DNA from: Lama guanicoe
Lineage: Eukaryota
Assembly: GCA_013239625.1 (NCBI GenBank)
Contig: MU054120.1
Span: forward strand, 248,001-312,000
Reading direction: 5' to 3'
DNA: 64,000 nt
Positions within the stretch are counted from its first letter, which is position 1, and each line of letters opens with the position of its first letter. Made by a program: the position numbers and the translations under genes. A model generated the notes under the pieces. The model was not told the origin of the DNA. It saw only the letters and a list, made by a program, of their open reading frames with translations, and did no database searches. Positions 1-12,987 of this stretch are shown piece by piece.

Positions 1-1410
1 GAAACTGCTAATGTTAACCTGGGTTGCAATATTGCAAGCTTCCTTCTATCCAGTTGTAAATTACAACCTGCACTTTCCAAGTAACTCTTGAGGCACACAC
101 AACCTCCAGTGCTAGCAGGCTTTTCTGTCTCCCGGTTTAGTTATGTTCACAGGCAGCGGGAAGCCTAACCAGCCATCAGCCGAGGGCGGGATTTTCAAGT
201 GCTACCTTTCTTATAATAGAAGACGTTTTAGGTGGCTGAGTGAAAAGCCTGTTTTGATCTCTGGCTTTTGCTTTTGCATGTTGGGGTGGGGAGGGAAACG
301 CGAGCCCCTGGAGGGCTCCCACTCTTCGTTTACTCAGCTGGATTACTCCTAACAGTAGCCCCCTGATCACCACTGTATGTTGGGTGCTGCCCATTTGTAA
401 GCCTGGCTACCAGGATTCCAGTTGATTCCACTTTGATGTCTCAGGATGGTCGTGAGTCTGGATTGAGTCTGATGAAAAGAAATCCCTGATTATTACTTTC
501 TGAATTACTAAAATCCTGTCAAAAATCAATGGACATAGCTCATTCCTAGGGTCATTTTGGCTTTTAATTTGATTTACGTATTAGTTTATACTGCAAATTA
601 TTTGAGGATTCTATTTGCTAACACCAGGTATGCATGGCCCCCTTCAAAGAAATCATGTGCATGCATGAATCAAATCTGACAGTGCTCAGAAATAATGGTT
701 TAAAATGGAGGGTTTTTTTTTTCCAAATTTATTTCATATATGCAAATGCCTTTTTTTTTACAGCAGTTAGCTGCAATTTCAAATTAAGATCATCCTCATT
801 TTCACCCATGTTCTTATCTTTAAAATCCACACTGAAAAGTAGTATGCAAATTCTTTATTCTCCATGGATTTTTTTTTTAAGTTAAAAAAAAATAACAGTG
901 ATAATATTCTTTTTGAACTTTTTTTTGTTCCAGATACCCTGTGTGCTTGTTCTGAAGTGTGTGAAAGTCTGTGTGTGTGAGCGTGTTTGGGAACAATTCA
1001 TTTCCTTCAATTCCATTTCACACTTTAATATCAAATGAAAAATGAAATGTGGCGAGGGTATTCTTAAAGGATTAAACATACTCCTTCCAACTACTTAAAC
1101 CAGGGGTTTGGGATTCAGATCTCTATAACCAAGACTGGAAGTCACTGGAAGACTTTAAAATTATTTTAACTACCACAACTAGAGTCATGTATGGAAATAA
1201 ACCCATTGCATGAATTCTTTATATACATAATCTCAAAATTAAACCGCCCAAATAAGTTTTAAAAAGCAAACATTTAAAATTTGCCATTAAGGAAAATCTC
1301 ATCTCCATCCTTAATTATGACTCTTCATTTCAACTAAAAGCTTCCAATACTTTGAAAATAAAATATGCCTATGAAAGTCATAAACCCTGAAATCAGAGAT
1401 GTAATTCTGG
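1..1410 (-). other. SLC16A7: SLC16A7 3' UTR (proximal part; true end uncertain)
   Basis: Immediately downstream of the stop codon, AU-rich, with AATAAA hexamers on the minus strand. Confidence 0.6.
728..859 (-). terminator. Candidate poly(A) signals AATAAA at 859-854 and 733-728
   Basis: TTTATT on the plus strand at 854-859 and 728-733; usage unverified. Confidence 0.35.
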
Positions 1411-1751
1411 TTAAATATTAGTTTCTCTTTCTGAGGGATTAACCTCTGATCCCAGATCTTCGCCGCTAGTATCATGATTTTTCGAAGTGTTCAAGGGTTC
1501 AGATTCTAAGGGATTAACCCCTGATCTCGGACTTCTGAAACTTGTGACATCAACATCATGACTTTTTGATGTGCTCAAGGGTTTCGATTCTTGGAACTCA
1601 GGCTTATGTGCGTCCTCCAACCTCTTTTCCTTGGCGAGCAGTCTGTAGTTGATAGCATTGCCAATGAGCAGCCACACACTGGATGTGAACACAATAGCTC
1701 CACAGACCATATACATATATTTGTATTGGCCGGTTTCATCCACCAATTTAC
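1411..1751 (-). CDS. SLC16A7: SLC16A7 last coding exon (341 nt including TAA; GKLVDETGQYKYMY...SERETNI*)
   Basis: Acceptor AG at 1753-1752, stop TAA at 1413-1411. The C-terminal SERETNI matches the MCT2 end. Total CDS 217+144+819+341=1521 nt. Confidence 0.96.
1434..1592. repeat. Diverged in-frame tandem duplication (75 bp + 84 bp units) inside the last coding exon
   Basis: AGGGATTAACC(T/C)CTGATC...ATCATGA...TCAAGGGTT..GATTC occurs at 1434-1506 and 1509-1590. Confidence 0.85.
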
Positions 1752-2277
1752 CTAAAAGACAAAGAACATCTTTTAAGATAGCATAATAAAACAGCCACAA
1801 AATGATAACATTTTCAAATAAATTCTTCCCTACACCGGGTACCTATTTCTTATTTAAGGTAATATGATGAGAGTTTAATAAAGAAAAAAATAGTCCAGAT
1901 TATGATTTCCTATATGCATAGTAAAGGCATCTATAGTATATTAAATTATATATGTTAAATTAAATATGTTGAATGTATTGAAAATTATTTCCCTCAATAA
2001 AAGTGTACAACCAAATCAAGCTAGGTATATATGTGTCTGTGTATGTATTCATACATGTGTGAAATACATTTTTAAACCTACATATGTAGGAATATATAAA
2101 CACATTTACAAATGGAAACATATATATGAATATATTTATAGCATACATATTGAGATTGCTTCATCCTTTCCACGTTTTGTGTCTTTTCAATAAAGAGGAA
2201 AAACTACATTCTTTAGGAAAAATTCAACGGCTTTTATACGGTTCCTGACAGGGCATAATATTTACTAAATTCTTTCT

Positions 2278-2440
2278 CTATGCCCAGCACTAGGCTAAAC
2301 ATTTTATTTGTAATTTTGCACTTAACCCTTACAAGAGCACTATGAAGTAGTTAGAACGTGGTTACAGAGCCAGTGAGTGGCAGGATCCGGGCTGTAACCA
2401 AAGTCTGTCTACACCGTGCGTTCTTAACTACTCCGTAAAA
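2278..2440 (-). mobile_element. MIR SINE fragment
   Basis: Resembles reverse MIR consensus (gcactaggctaaac...gagccagtgagtggcaggatccgggctgtaacc...gttcttaactac). Confidence 0.6.
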
Positions 2441-4056
2441 TGGCTTCACCTCTTGGTTAAGTGTCATGTTACTTTCTAGGCTAATCACAGTTTTTCAGTT
2501 TAACTGAATCTAAATTATTAAGGCCGAACTAATCAGGAAGAAAGTTTTTGTTCCATTTGATTATTGAGAACATTGGGCACCTAGCCTAGTGCTATATAAT
2601 CAGAAGGTTTATTGACTTTTAAATATGCTTCAGTTTATACTTAGTTTTGCCTCCTGCCTATGCAAAGCATCTAATTCTTAACAATTATTATTATTAGCAA
2701 TATTTAGTGTACAGAAATCCATATTATATATCATATGCATACTTCAGGTGATTCTGATACAGACCTGTTTGTTTAGTCAGAATTTCTATCATTCGGACTA
2801 GAATCTAGTTAGTGGCTCAGTATTCAGTTTAGCTACTTGTGAAATTATCTATTTCAACAAAGTTCCCTGCTTTAATTACGTTAATGTCGGAATGGGTTTA
2901 TCTGAGTAAGTATGATAGAGACATCAACAAAACAAAAATTGTGTAATTTAATGTTCCACTCTAACATTGGTCAAATATTTCTATTCATACAATGATTATT
3001 ACACATCTAAATACGAAACAGTAAGTCTTTGGCCCCATCAGAATTAATACCACTTTCGATTGCAAAATCAACAAACATACTTTCAAAATGTTTGGGGAGT
3101 TTTTAGCATTATCAAGAAACCAGATATGATCTCCAGAACTGAAGTTTCAGCTCTTTCTGAGTGCAGCAGTGAAAGTTTGAGATGAAAAAAAGAAAAACAA
3201 AAACTATGCTGTCCCGACCTTTTCACTAACAAGACTAGTAGCAGCAGTAGCAACTGTATAATAAGTAACTATAATAATACCCATTTATTCAAAAGTACTT
3301 ACTGAGTGCCTACTATGTGCCAGACACTGCTCTAGTAGTGGCCACATGCCATAGAGGAGAAGCCACTCTAAAAGTCAAGGAGTTGATCAGGGTAACGGGA
3401 GGCAGAAACAGGATGAAAAAAATGGGTAGGATCTTAGGGCACAGGCTGAGCGCTTCAATACGAGCCCCAAATTAATTTCTGCCACTGCCACCAGTGATGC
3501 AGCAGTTTGGCAATATTAACACAATAAGCACCCAAGGATACTGCGACTGATGTAAATGTGAATACAGGTCTCAGCACAGGTAGGCGCGGCCAAATCAGAG
3601 TCCTTCGTTTTCACAGCACCCAGCCACTATGCCTATGGACATGACTTGATTTTTTTTTTCATACCACCATTGCTGGTAAAATACAGTTTTCTCTGTTGGT
3701 TCTAAGAATTTTCTTGCTAATGAACAGGCTTCTACAACCCATTTGTAAACTAATTCTGTAAGAAAAGATAGGCCAACGGTACTTGTCTTATGTGGCAAAA
3801 TCAACTGAATGAGGCTTTCATTCTTTCTGAAAATGTTTCGTTGTCGTGCTATATCCGTACTGAGAGATGTACCACCCAAAAGCACGTTGCCAGGTGTCAG
3901 AGGGCAGCCCTGGTGGACAGAGGTCAACAACTCCATCACTCCTTCCAGACCAAGTGAAGAAGCAAGAGGAAAGGGCAACGGTGCCTTACAATTAACAAAT
4001 TAACGTGAGTTGTCCCACTTTCAAAGTCACGAAGGAAGAGATTTACACTTAGCGTG

Positions 4057-4084
4057 GCAGTAGCTGTGACCACTAGGGGGCAGG
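4057..4084 (+). promoter_or_regulatory. Predicted CTCF binding site
   Basis: CCACTAGGGGGCAG at 4070-4083 matches the CTCF core CCASYAGRKGGCRS. GCAGTAGC just upstream resembles the upstream (ZF9-11) motif. Confidence 0.6.
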
Positions 4085-4892
4085 AGGTCTAAGTAAATAC
4101 TTCACATTTAGCGTCAACCGAAGCAATACTATACCGTGGCTACTGGAAAAGACTGGCCAACCAAACGCATTTAATATTTGTAACACTGAATTCTAAGGCT
4201 GAACAAAGCCTTAACTTCAAAAATGAACTTACACATGTGTCTTTCTCAGCCTCCTTACTGGATAAGTTAGCACAGATACTTTTACAGGCTTCACTGACAG
4301 TATTTTAGACCTTAAAATCTAACGGTAATCTTTACAATTTATAAATGTGGAATATAAGTATCTGATCAAGAACATGACTTTGAACGAATTTCCCTTCATT
4401 CTTGCGTTCCTATTCATATGTCCTATCAGTGGGATTATGAACATGTTCCTTCATTAAGCATGTAACTAGTTCCAAAGTAATATAACCAATATACTCCAAT
4501 AAGAACCTGTTGGGAGCATTACTTCAAATATTTGAGTCATTTTAATAAAAAAGAAAAGGAATACGTTTAAAAATGATAGAATAAAGTGGCATCTTACTTC
4601 TATGATACATTTTTAAAAGCATGTAACAAACTCATATGGGGGAAAACCTGAAAACTACGCTAATTATCAGTCTAACTTAAATTCGTAAATTCATAAGTCC
4701 AAGCTCAGAATCAAATTTTTGTCTAAAATATGCTAATTACGAAATTGAAGTAAAGCCTCAAAGTAACACACCCACAGTCTTCTAGGCGATTAGGTGTTAT
4801 TATTACAAACACATTTTACACTACAAAGAAAGTTTCAGCTAATGAATGTTAATTTTACGCTTTTTGCTTTCTTTGATGAGAAGTATTCTTAC

Positions 4893-5711
4893 CAGCAAGA
4901 GGAGGGCCAAGAAGAACTGGGCAACACTCCACAATTGTGACGAGCCCCACAGCGCTGGAAAACCTCTGAGCACCGACCAGGTCCATGAGCGTCTCAAAGA
5001 GGACACTGCTAACACTCCCAAATCCGAGGCCAAAAAACACAGCGTAGACCACCAGGCTCGGGTAGTCGTCAGCCAGCGGGCACAAGAGATGACACACGCC
5101 GTTGAACATCACTGCAAAACTGAAGAAGTACTGGATTCGGGGTCGGATAAATCTGGAGTTGGCAATGAATCCTACAGAAGGTCTGGCGAACATATCAACA
5201 AAAGCCATAACAGACAGCAAGAAGGCAGCGGAATACTCATCAATTCCTTTGTCTTTGGCGTACGGAGCCAAGAATATAATGGGGGCAAAGAACCCCAGGA
5301 ACATGATGACATTTCCAGATAAGTATATGAGAAACCCCCTGTGCTTAAAAAGGGAGAAATCTAAATATTTATTAATTGTTTCCCACGTTGATTTCTTCTT
5401 ATGTCTCGTCTTCTCACCCAAATCCGTCGCTCTTATGCTGACCTTGTTTTTAGACTTCTTCGTAGTTAGTTTGGGTCCCACAGGTCTCATGAGAGACCCA
5501 GCCACACAGGCATTCAACAGTATACCTCCCAAAATCAAGAAGCTTCCTTTCCAGCCGTAAGTATTAAAGAGGAACTGGTTGAAGGGAGCCAGCGTGCTTA
5601 AGAAAACGGGACTTCCTGCCATGGCCAGGCCGTTCGCCGTCGGCCGTTTCTTGTAGAAGTATTTGCCGATGATTGTTAAGGCAGGTTGCAGGTTGAAGGC
5701 CAGACCTAAAC
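4893..5711 (-). CDS. SLC16A7: SLC16A7 coding exon 3 (819 nt; [11 protein letters not shown]...[11 protein letters not shown]...AFVDMFARP...LLGPPLA)
   Basis: Lies within ORF 4855..5751. Acceptor AG at 5713-5712, donor GTAAG at 4892-4888. Contains the YFxKKRPxANG signature and the TM8 Asp/Arg pair (DMFAR). Confidence 0.98.
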
Positions 5712-7239
5712 CTACAGAGGATAAAACAAAAGGAGGAAGAACACAAGCCACTCACCAGAGAAATTACTCTTCCAAACATACATTCAAGCGGGGATGGCAG
5801 ACCTGAAAACCCAGCAGCAGGTAGGAAGTTTTTATAATTACATACATCAATAGGATGGCACATACACAAAAAAGTTCTCATAACCGGACACCCGAGATCG
5901 TGAAAGTTTCACATTCCTTTCTTTTGAAGACACAAAAATAAAACCATGAACTTCTACTGTTATTGTAATAATCAGGAGAGGTTGAAACTAGGACAAAAAT
6001 TATTCATTCTTAATTAAAGTTGCTTAATCCCACAAATAAATAAATCTCTCTTTATATTTGTAGACATAGAAAGAGAGAATAGATTTCTTCCTTGTGGGCA
6101 AGAGTGGGTTTAAAATGTGAATGCTTTCTTTTCAGAGTAGAACAGAGTGGACAGACTAAAAAGAATTATCCTTTACAGTTAATCTTAGGTCTCCCAGATA
6201 TTTTTTCCTTTAAAACCATGCAAATAATACAAAAGAGTAATCAATTCACGCCATTAATTTCATGTTCTACATGAATACAGAGGAACATGGTATTAACTAT
6301 AAAGTTTTTTTTTTTTTTTTTGCTTGAAACATATTCTCATTTGGGGGATTAAAGCTGTTTATATGAGTCAAAAGTTTCTACTGTCTAGGGAACTCCTTGG
6401 CAGTGTTGACTCTGGCCTTTGAGAAATGAGTTACTCCTTACAGCTCACCAGGCACTACCTGGCAGCTGTAATGAACATGTTTGTTTAAAAGAATGAATAG
6501 AGTTGACTTATACAAACTACTGCCTCTCCTTCTCCCTTAGCCTAGGCATGATTCTGTATTACGTTAGGGCCTGCAGAAGTAGGAATACCGTACAGACGTG
6601 TTGCAAAGTGGTTACGTGTTTAGACTCGGGGACACGGAGTTCTGAGGACAAATACTTGCTGCCAGCCTCTAATACAAACACGTGCATTAAGTGTTTGTAG
6701 CAGGGCTCCTCAGAGCTGACACAGAACCAAGCATGTGCTCTGGAGAGTGACGGGGCCGTGTGCTCTCTGATTCTACGTCAGCAAGACAGGGGGGAGGTGC
6801 AGAACGAGTGTAATTAGATGCAACATATAAATAATTAAACTGTGGTCGGCAGCTTGTAAGTGGAAGAACCCAAATTAAAACCTGGGAATTGTGTTTTGAA
6901 GTTCAATTTCTTCACCTTCTGCCCCCCCTTCCCTGTGCCCCCATCCCGTCACCTGGAACTTTGCCTTCAGATGCTAATTCCAGGTCTCCTTAGGAGACTG
7001 TGGCCACCTAGTTCCCATGTGGCATGGTAAAAGGAACACGAGACGTGACACTGGAGTTCTCAGTCTGCCTCACTGACTCCGCTGTGTGCGCTGCTGGGCC
7101 AAGTACTTAAGACTTCGTGAGCTCCAATTCCCTTAACAACAGCGAAAGAGGATTTTGCCAAAATCAAGGAAGCTCTAGAGCTTCAAGATGTTATGTAATG
7201 ATACTGTAATCATCATTTGTTAATATTTATTTTAAAAGT

Positions 7240-7445
7240 AACAAAATGCTGGGCACTCTGTAAAGTACTATATATTCATTTTTTTCACATTAATTATGCC
7301 AGCAACTCCCAAAGGAAGGAGCTATCATTTCCCTGTTGTAGAGACAAAGAGACTGAGGCATGAGAAGGCTAATTTACCTATGATCACACAGCTAACACGT
7401 GCTGAGTCAGGGTTAAAACCTAGCCCTGTCTGATTTCAGACACCA
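7240..7445 (-). mobile_element. MIR SINE
   Basis: gggcactctgtaaag...agagactgaggcatgagaagg...atcacacagctaac...ccctgtctga, matching the MIR core in reverse. Confidence 0.7.
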
Positions 7446-7660
7446 AGAAACACTGGCTGATAATGACTCAAGATACACCCCTCACAGGTGTAGTCAATGG
7501 TTAACTAGAAACACCAAAGCCTTTAAGACTCAGAGGAATGGAACTGAAGTTAGAATAACATATAATACTATTGATACTTGTGATACAATAATACCAAAAT
7601 CATCTTTCCCCGATACATCTACTTGTAGACCCTGCCTGACTTCAATGGTCAAATGCAACA

Positions 7661-7859
7661 CAGCTGACTGTTGAACGTCGCGGGGTTTAGGGAGTGCCCA
7701 CCTTCTGCACAGTCGAAAATCTACATGTAATTTATCACCAGCTCTCCTCAGGATTCAACCAACCATGGATCATGCAGCACTGTAGTCTTTACCATTGGAA
7801 AAAATCAATATTTAAGTGGACCTGTGCAGTTCAAACCCACGTTGTCCAAGGGTTAACTG
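7661..7859. mobile_element. MER8-like TcMar-Tigger MITE
   Basis: Terminal inverted repeats CAGCTGACTGTTGAAC... / ...GTCCAAGGGTTAACTG followed by TA; about 200 bp. Confidence 0.75.
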
Positions 7860-8895
7860 TAAATAGTATTTCTGCACAAAGGAAAGGGCATTCACTCCAC
7901 CGTGACAGTTCTTAAGAGACATGAAGATTCTCATTTGCCATGTCAGAGGGGTTTTACCATATCAAAGAAAAAAAAAGAGAAGTTGTCCATAGGTTGTAAA
8001 GAGAAAGATTTTAACATCACTATTACTGTATCTAATTTTTTTATCAAATGATGCATAAGTGCAAGATTAGACTGATGTAAAATCACAAAAAGAGAAATAA
8101 TTTATCTTTTTATCTGTAGGTAAAAGGAAAAGATTCCATTTCTTTAACTTAAAACTTTTTTTTTCTTAAAACTTTGAGTATAGATTTGTTTAATACAATT
8201 TACCATTGAGGCTACCAAAAACAGTGTTTTCCAAATGTGCATATTCAGGTCAGCTGGAGTCTATAGATGTGCATGAGAAACAACTATAATCAAGTGATAG
8301 GGTCATTTAAAAATATTTGTGTTTAGTGGCAAATGTCCTTCCAGAGTTTTTAAATAGAATCTTTTCGTAAGGAGAAGGGACATCCGTGCAGAGCTCAGCC
8401 ACTAATCACAACACAGGCACCAATAATTCTAGTGTTAAAGCTAAACCAGTGACTTCACGAAATATCTTTTTTGGCACCATTTTTAACCTATTATGAGCAA
8501 TCAGCCAGATACTAATAGTAATAAGTAATGAAAATAATATTTTTTAATGACGCTATTTACATGCCAGAAAGTCTGTTTCCACAATACCGTCTTAACTAGC
8601 TGAAGATTTAATGTTCAAACAGTAAAAACCAACCAAAGAGGTTTTCTTTTTGACATTGTATCACAGCCCATAACATGTCTGGTAACTTGCTTTTTCCATT
8701 TTCGAAGTTAGTGTGCTCGCCCATCCTGTAGCCAGTATTTCAGCGTACTCTGACAATACTTTAAGATACCGTCTGATGTAATAAGGAAATTCAAAGAAAG
8801 CAATTAGAATGCTCTGCCGCTCATGCTTCTGACAGAATTTGGCAAACAACAGAAGCGTTAAGAAGAACATGAGCTGAACGCCAAGCCGGACTTAC

Positions 8896-9039
8896 CGCAA
8901 ATGAATCCCATGGTGATGTAAAGTTGGACCACGTTGGTACTGAAAGAGGCTGAGACCATTCCCAGACAGCACATCAAGCCCCCTGCCATCACCACGGGCC
9001 GGCTGCCGTAGTTATTCACCAGGACACTGCTTATAGGAC
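8896..9039 (-). CDS. SLC16A7: SLC16A7 coding exon 2 (144 nt; GPISSVLVNNYGSRPVVMAGGLMCCLGMVSASFSTNVVQLYITMGFIC)
   Basis: Not in the ORF track; translated by hand. Acceptor AG at 9041-9040, donor GTAAG at 8895-8891, phase 1/1, in frame with neighbouring exons. Carries the MCT motif GPISSVLVNxYGSRP. Confidence 0.96.
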
Positions 9040-9489
9040 CTGAGGCAGAGAGGGAATGAAGAAACCTTCAGTTGCTGGGTTATTTATTTATAACCACTTG
9101 CTAATTCCGAAAGCTGGGGAAGCACTGTTTAACGATCAAAGAAAAATACCTGAGTTCACACGGGATTTCGTGAAGACTTTTCAGCCCTTGGCAACCTGAC
9201 TGGTTGTCTTTAACAATATACATACAAGCACAGGAAGTAAGAAATGAGACTTGTTTGACATACGCTCTGTTAGGACCGTCATTATTCCACTTTGGATGGA
9301 AAAGCTTTTCAGCAGGACATACCTCTACTCCCTAAATATCTTTAAACACAGGTAAATTTATGTAACAGAAATCTAGGGATTATATAAAAGACTTGTCTGT
9401 TAGAATTTTATTTCTTGGAATAATATGTATGGATGCACACATATATGCCTTTAACTGGAGCTGAATTTTTTGTTTTATTTATACCCCAC

Positions 9490-10210
9490 TGTGACTTTTC
9501 TTCAATACTATTTTTTTTTTTACTCTAAGGTATAAACTGTCTTCATATCTCCTTATATTAGAAATGAGGATGTCTTACACTTGATGGTCTCTTAACAGCC
9601 CCTGGTGGCAGGCACCTCAAAAGGCCTGGGCACGCCTGAACTTGGTTATGTCTGTGGCTGGGTTAGACAAGGCCATTGCTCACATTTTGATCACATCATT
9701 TAAAGATCGTTTGAAAAAGGAATACAAATACGAATCCTGATGGATCATTGTCTGAAAAAGCTGTCGACACAGTCTGGTAAGGAAGGTCAAGAGAGTACCA
9801 CCATGGAACCTTACAGAATGGGTGTCACGGTTCAGGTGGGATTGCCAAAGCTGCGTCACCAGCAGAGGACAACTGTGTGTGCAACGTGAACACCAAGTAC
9901 CCTGACTAAACACTCATGGAGAAGAACAAGATCTTGAATGGACATTTTAGTCACACCTTACTCTATTTAATATACATTTTTTGACATGTGTACGTGTGTG
10001 TATGTATAAAACATTCAGGAGTGATTAAAATAATTTAAATAATCTGTGTTTAACTATGTCTAAAAAAAGCTCTTTTGGTAAAATAAAAATGCTAACTATT
10101 CAGAGAATGTGATGTCTAATTTTAGTGCACATTTTTTTCTTTAGTGGTGCCTCATAAAATAATGGTGCAAAATAACAACAGAGGCTGTCTTAGAGTCACT
10201 GTAAGTACGG
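9490..10210. mobile_element. Old hAT-type DNA transposon remnant (MER96/MER97-like)
   Basis: Motifs ATGTCTTACACTTGATGG and ...GTCTTAGAGTCACTGTAAGTACGG resemble MER96B/MER97 ends; boundaries approximate. Confidence 0.35.
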
Positions 10211-12224
10211 ACCACTTTATAAGATCTTTCCAAATGTAAATGGTTTTATCTGACATTTCCTTCTTAACTTAAAATTACATTTCATCTGAAACTAGTGGTA
10301 CTGCTTTGAGGGGAAAAATATTACATTAGGTCAGGATACTCAGTCCAATGTTTAGCCTAGAAAAAAATAAAATGATTTCTAGTTAATGCTAAAACTGAAA
10401 AATTTGCCAAGTGCTGTTGCATTACATTTCAGAATTTCTACAGGGATGATATTTAAAATACACTGAAAAAATATGTATATTATAACATACACATTGATTT
10501 AGAAAAACAAGCATTTTAATTGAAAAGCATACAGCTAAATTCAAATAGCCTTTGTCAGAAGGGAAGAGTTAGAATAAATTGATTAGTTTGATTAATTCCT
10601 GAACGTAGGTGTGGATTTCTTTTCTTAAAATTACTTAACTATTTCAGTTCAATTCAATTCAACTCAAATCAGTTTGGTGCAATATTTCTTAAGCTCCCAG
10701 TATAAAGTTGACAGACACCACAGATAAAATAATACACTATAATCCCAAATGCCTTGTATTCTAGAGGAAGAAATGACCAACAAGTTATTTTAAGAACCGT
10801 GATGGATGCTTCAATAAATACTAGATTATCAGGATGAATTCAAAGGCATTTATCAATTACTGGGACTAATTATAATGATCTCCTGTCAGTAACGGATTAC
10901 ACATTCCCTTTTGTACGTGGTGCCTGGATAACTAACAAATGGGCTATCTGATCACCATGTTTTGTAAATATGTTTGCTTAGATAGTGTAACTTAAAATTT
11001 GAAAATAATCTATGAATCACAATTTGCAATGTATTGGAAATAATTATATCTATAGGTTGGGATAATCACCTCAGGCCTTTTCCCTGTGACTGTGACTGAG
11101 TAAGGGTAGCCGCTAAAGAAAACGTTCAAAGATGTTGGCCCTTTGTGAGCAGACTTTGCTAATTTCTAGCGGCATCATTCAAGACGCAGTGAGAGTTCTA
11201 ATTGTAACAAATAATTTCATTTTATGTTATACATCTTAGTTAAATGATATCCTGTAAGTTATATGTTTACACAAGTCATCTGTAATTTTTTTCTAGGAAA
11301 AAAAAGATACTTTTTAAGTGATTTATTTTGAAATAATCAAAGCTCTGTACCCCTTAATATTAGTTGCTTATAAAATATCAAAATATTTCTACTCTGCAAT
11401 AGTTGTGGGTCAGAATTAAAATTATGATACAGAATAAAATGTACTTATTTTGTAAAGAACCTCTAAATGCTTAATATTAGCTTGCGGAGGCATCTAACAT
11501 TAGATATAAGGCCATCCAATACCTCTCTCCAACCTACAAGAAACTTAGTTTATTTTATCAACAAAAAAGATGAAGTTTCAAGAAAATAAATAAATTCTCA
11601 TCACACATGATTTTTGTCAAACATGGGCTGGCCTCATGGTGTCCATTGTTGATGACTCTTAAGCCTAATTATATTCTGAGCTCATTCATATACTTATAAA
11701 TTAATTTAATCATTCTGGAAGTTTTTACTCAGCATGTGTTTTTCCAGTAACCATGATGTTTAATCACTAGTTATGTCAAAAAAAAGAGAAAATCCTCTAC
11801 CTGCTGAGAGATACACTTCAGCCCCTATCTTGGTAGAGCAAAGATATTGTTCATCAAAATGCTTTTGTTCTATTTGCTTGCCAAGCAGTTAAAACAAAAC
11901 GGCACGCAAGAAGAAGAATGTCTTATTTCCAAAAACATACAGAGAAGCACCAGACTGCATCTAAATCAGGATGATCTTGCCCCTGATTTCTTCTGACCCA
12001 AATTCCAGATTCTGCCAAGGATGCTTCTGTAGGTTCTTATAAATCACAGAGTGCTTGCCCATTCTTCAAACTTCTGTTGCACTTACAGTTGGTAATGCAC
12101 ATGCACACAAACAGAACGGAACACTGTCTACTTCATTTGACTTTTGTTCACACAATCCGTTTTAAGCTCTGTGAAGGTAGCTGCCACACATACTATTACT
12201 GTTCATCAACATTCATCCAGTTAT

Positions 12225-12442
12225 TCTCTTTGCAGGAAGTGTGCTAAGAATTCTACATGCATTATTGCATATGATTTTCATGGCCTAATTAATGAATTCC
12301 CTAATTAAAGCTATTAACAGTTGATAAAACCGAGGCGTGCAAAGTGTTTAGATAACTTGTTTCAGGTCAACATCAGTATTAGTGGTGGAATGTGGATATG
12401 AGCCCAGAGTCATCTGATTATAAAATGCGTGCTTTTAACTAC
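12225..12442 (-). mobile_element. MIR SINE, interrupted near its 5' end by the MER68 LTR
   Basis: gtgctaag...acagttgataaaaccgaggc...aacttgtttcaggtca...tgagcccagagtc...gcttttaactac. Confidence 0.65.
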
Positions 12443-12987
12443 GGTGCAGAAAGGAGTTCACACAGCAGAGCTACGACTGCCGTTCTTAGAAAGGCCTGCT
12501 CGCAAGGTTGGCTCTTGGCTGGCATCTGGGGACCTGGATTTCAGAACTGTTCCCGCCATTCCCTAATGGATAACAGTGGTTCACTATGCCTGAACTGTTT
12601 TACAACGTGTTTTATGCTGAACACCTCCTTTCCTTCTGGGAGTCTGGAATTTTGGTGCATGCCAGAGAATAACCTGGGTGACCAGCAACCCAACAGAAAC
12701 CTTAAGCATTGAGTCTCTAATGAGATTTCCGGTAGACAGCACTTCCTATGTGTTGTCACAACTGGCTGCTGAAGGAATAAAGGTCATCCTCAGTGATTCC
12801 ATTGGGAGACGACTCTTGGAAGTTTGCACCTGGTTACCTTTGTACTTCACTCCTCCCTTTGCCGACTTTTTCACTTTGTATCATTTCATTTTAATAAATC
12901 ATAGCCATGAAAAAGCTACTGTTGAGTCCTGTCCATGTCTATAGCCAACCATCAAAACTGGGAGTGATCTTGGAGACTCTGAATACA
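12443..12987 (+). mobile_element. MER68-like ERVL solo LTR
   Basis: Colinear with the recalled MER68 consensus: GTGCAGAAAGGAGTT...CTTAGAAAGGCCTGCTCGCAAGGTTGG...CCTTCTGGGAGTCTGGAATTTTGG...AATAAATCATAGCC...ACA. Confidence 0.8.

Noticed and set aside
4855..4892. Read-through tail [12 protein letters not shown] as an alternative C-terminus
   Set aside because: It is intron sequence after a canonical GTAAG donor; there is no evidence of intron retention.
4846..5560. Plus-strand ORFs of 158 and 152 aa
   Set aside because: Antisense shadows of SLC16A7 exon 3 with no independent support.
9594..9612. Second CTCF-like motif (CCACCAGGGGCTG, minus strand)
   Set aside because: One base short in the G-run relative to the core spacing; weak match.
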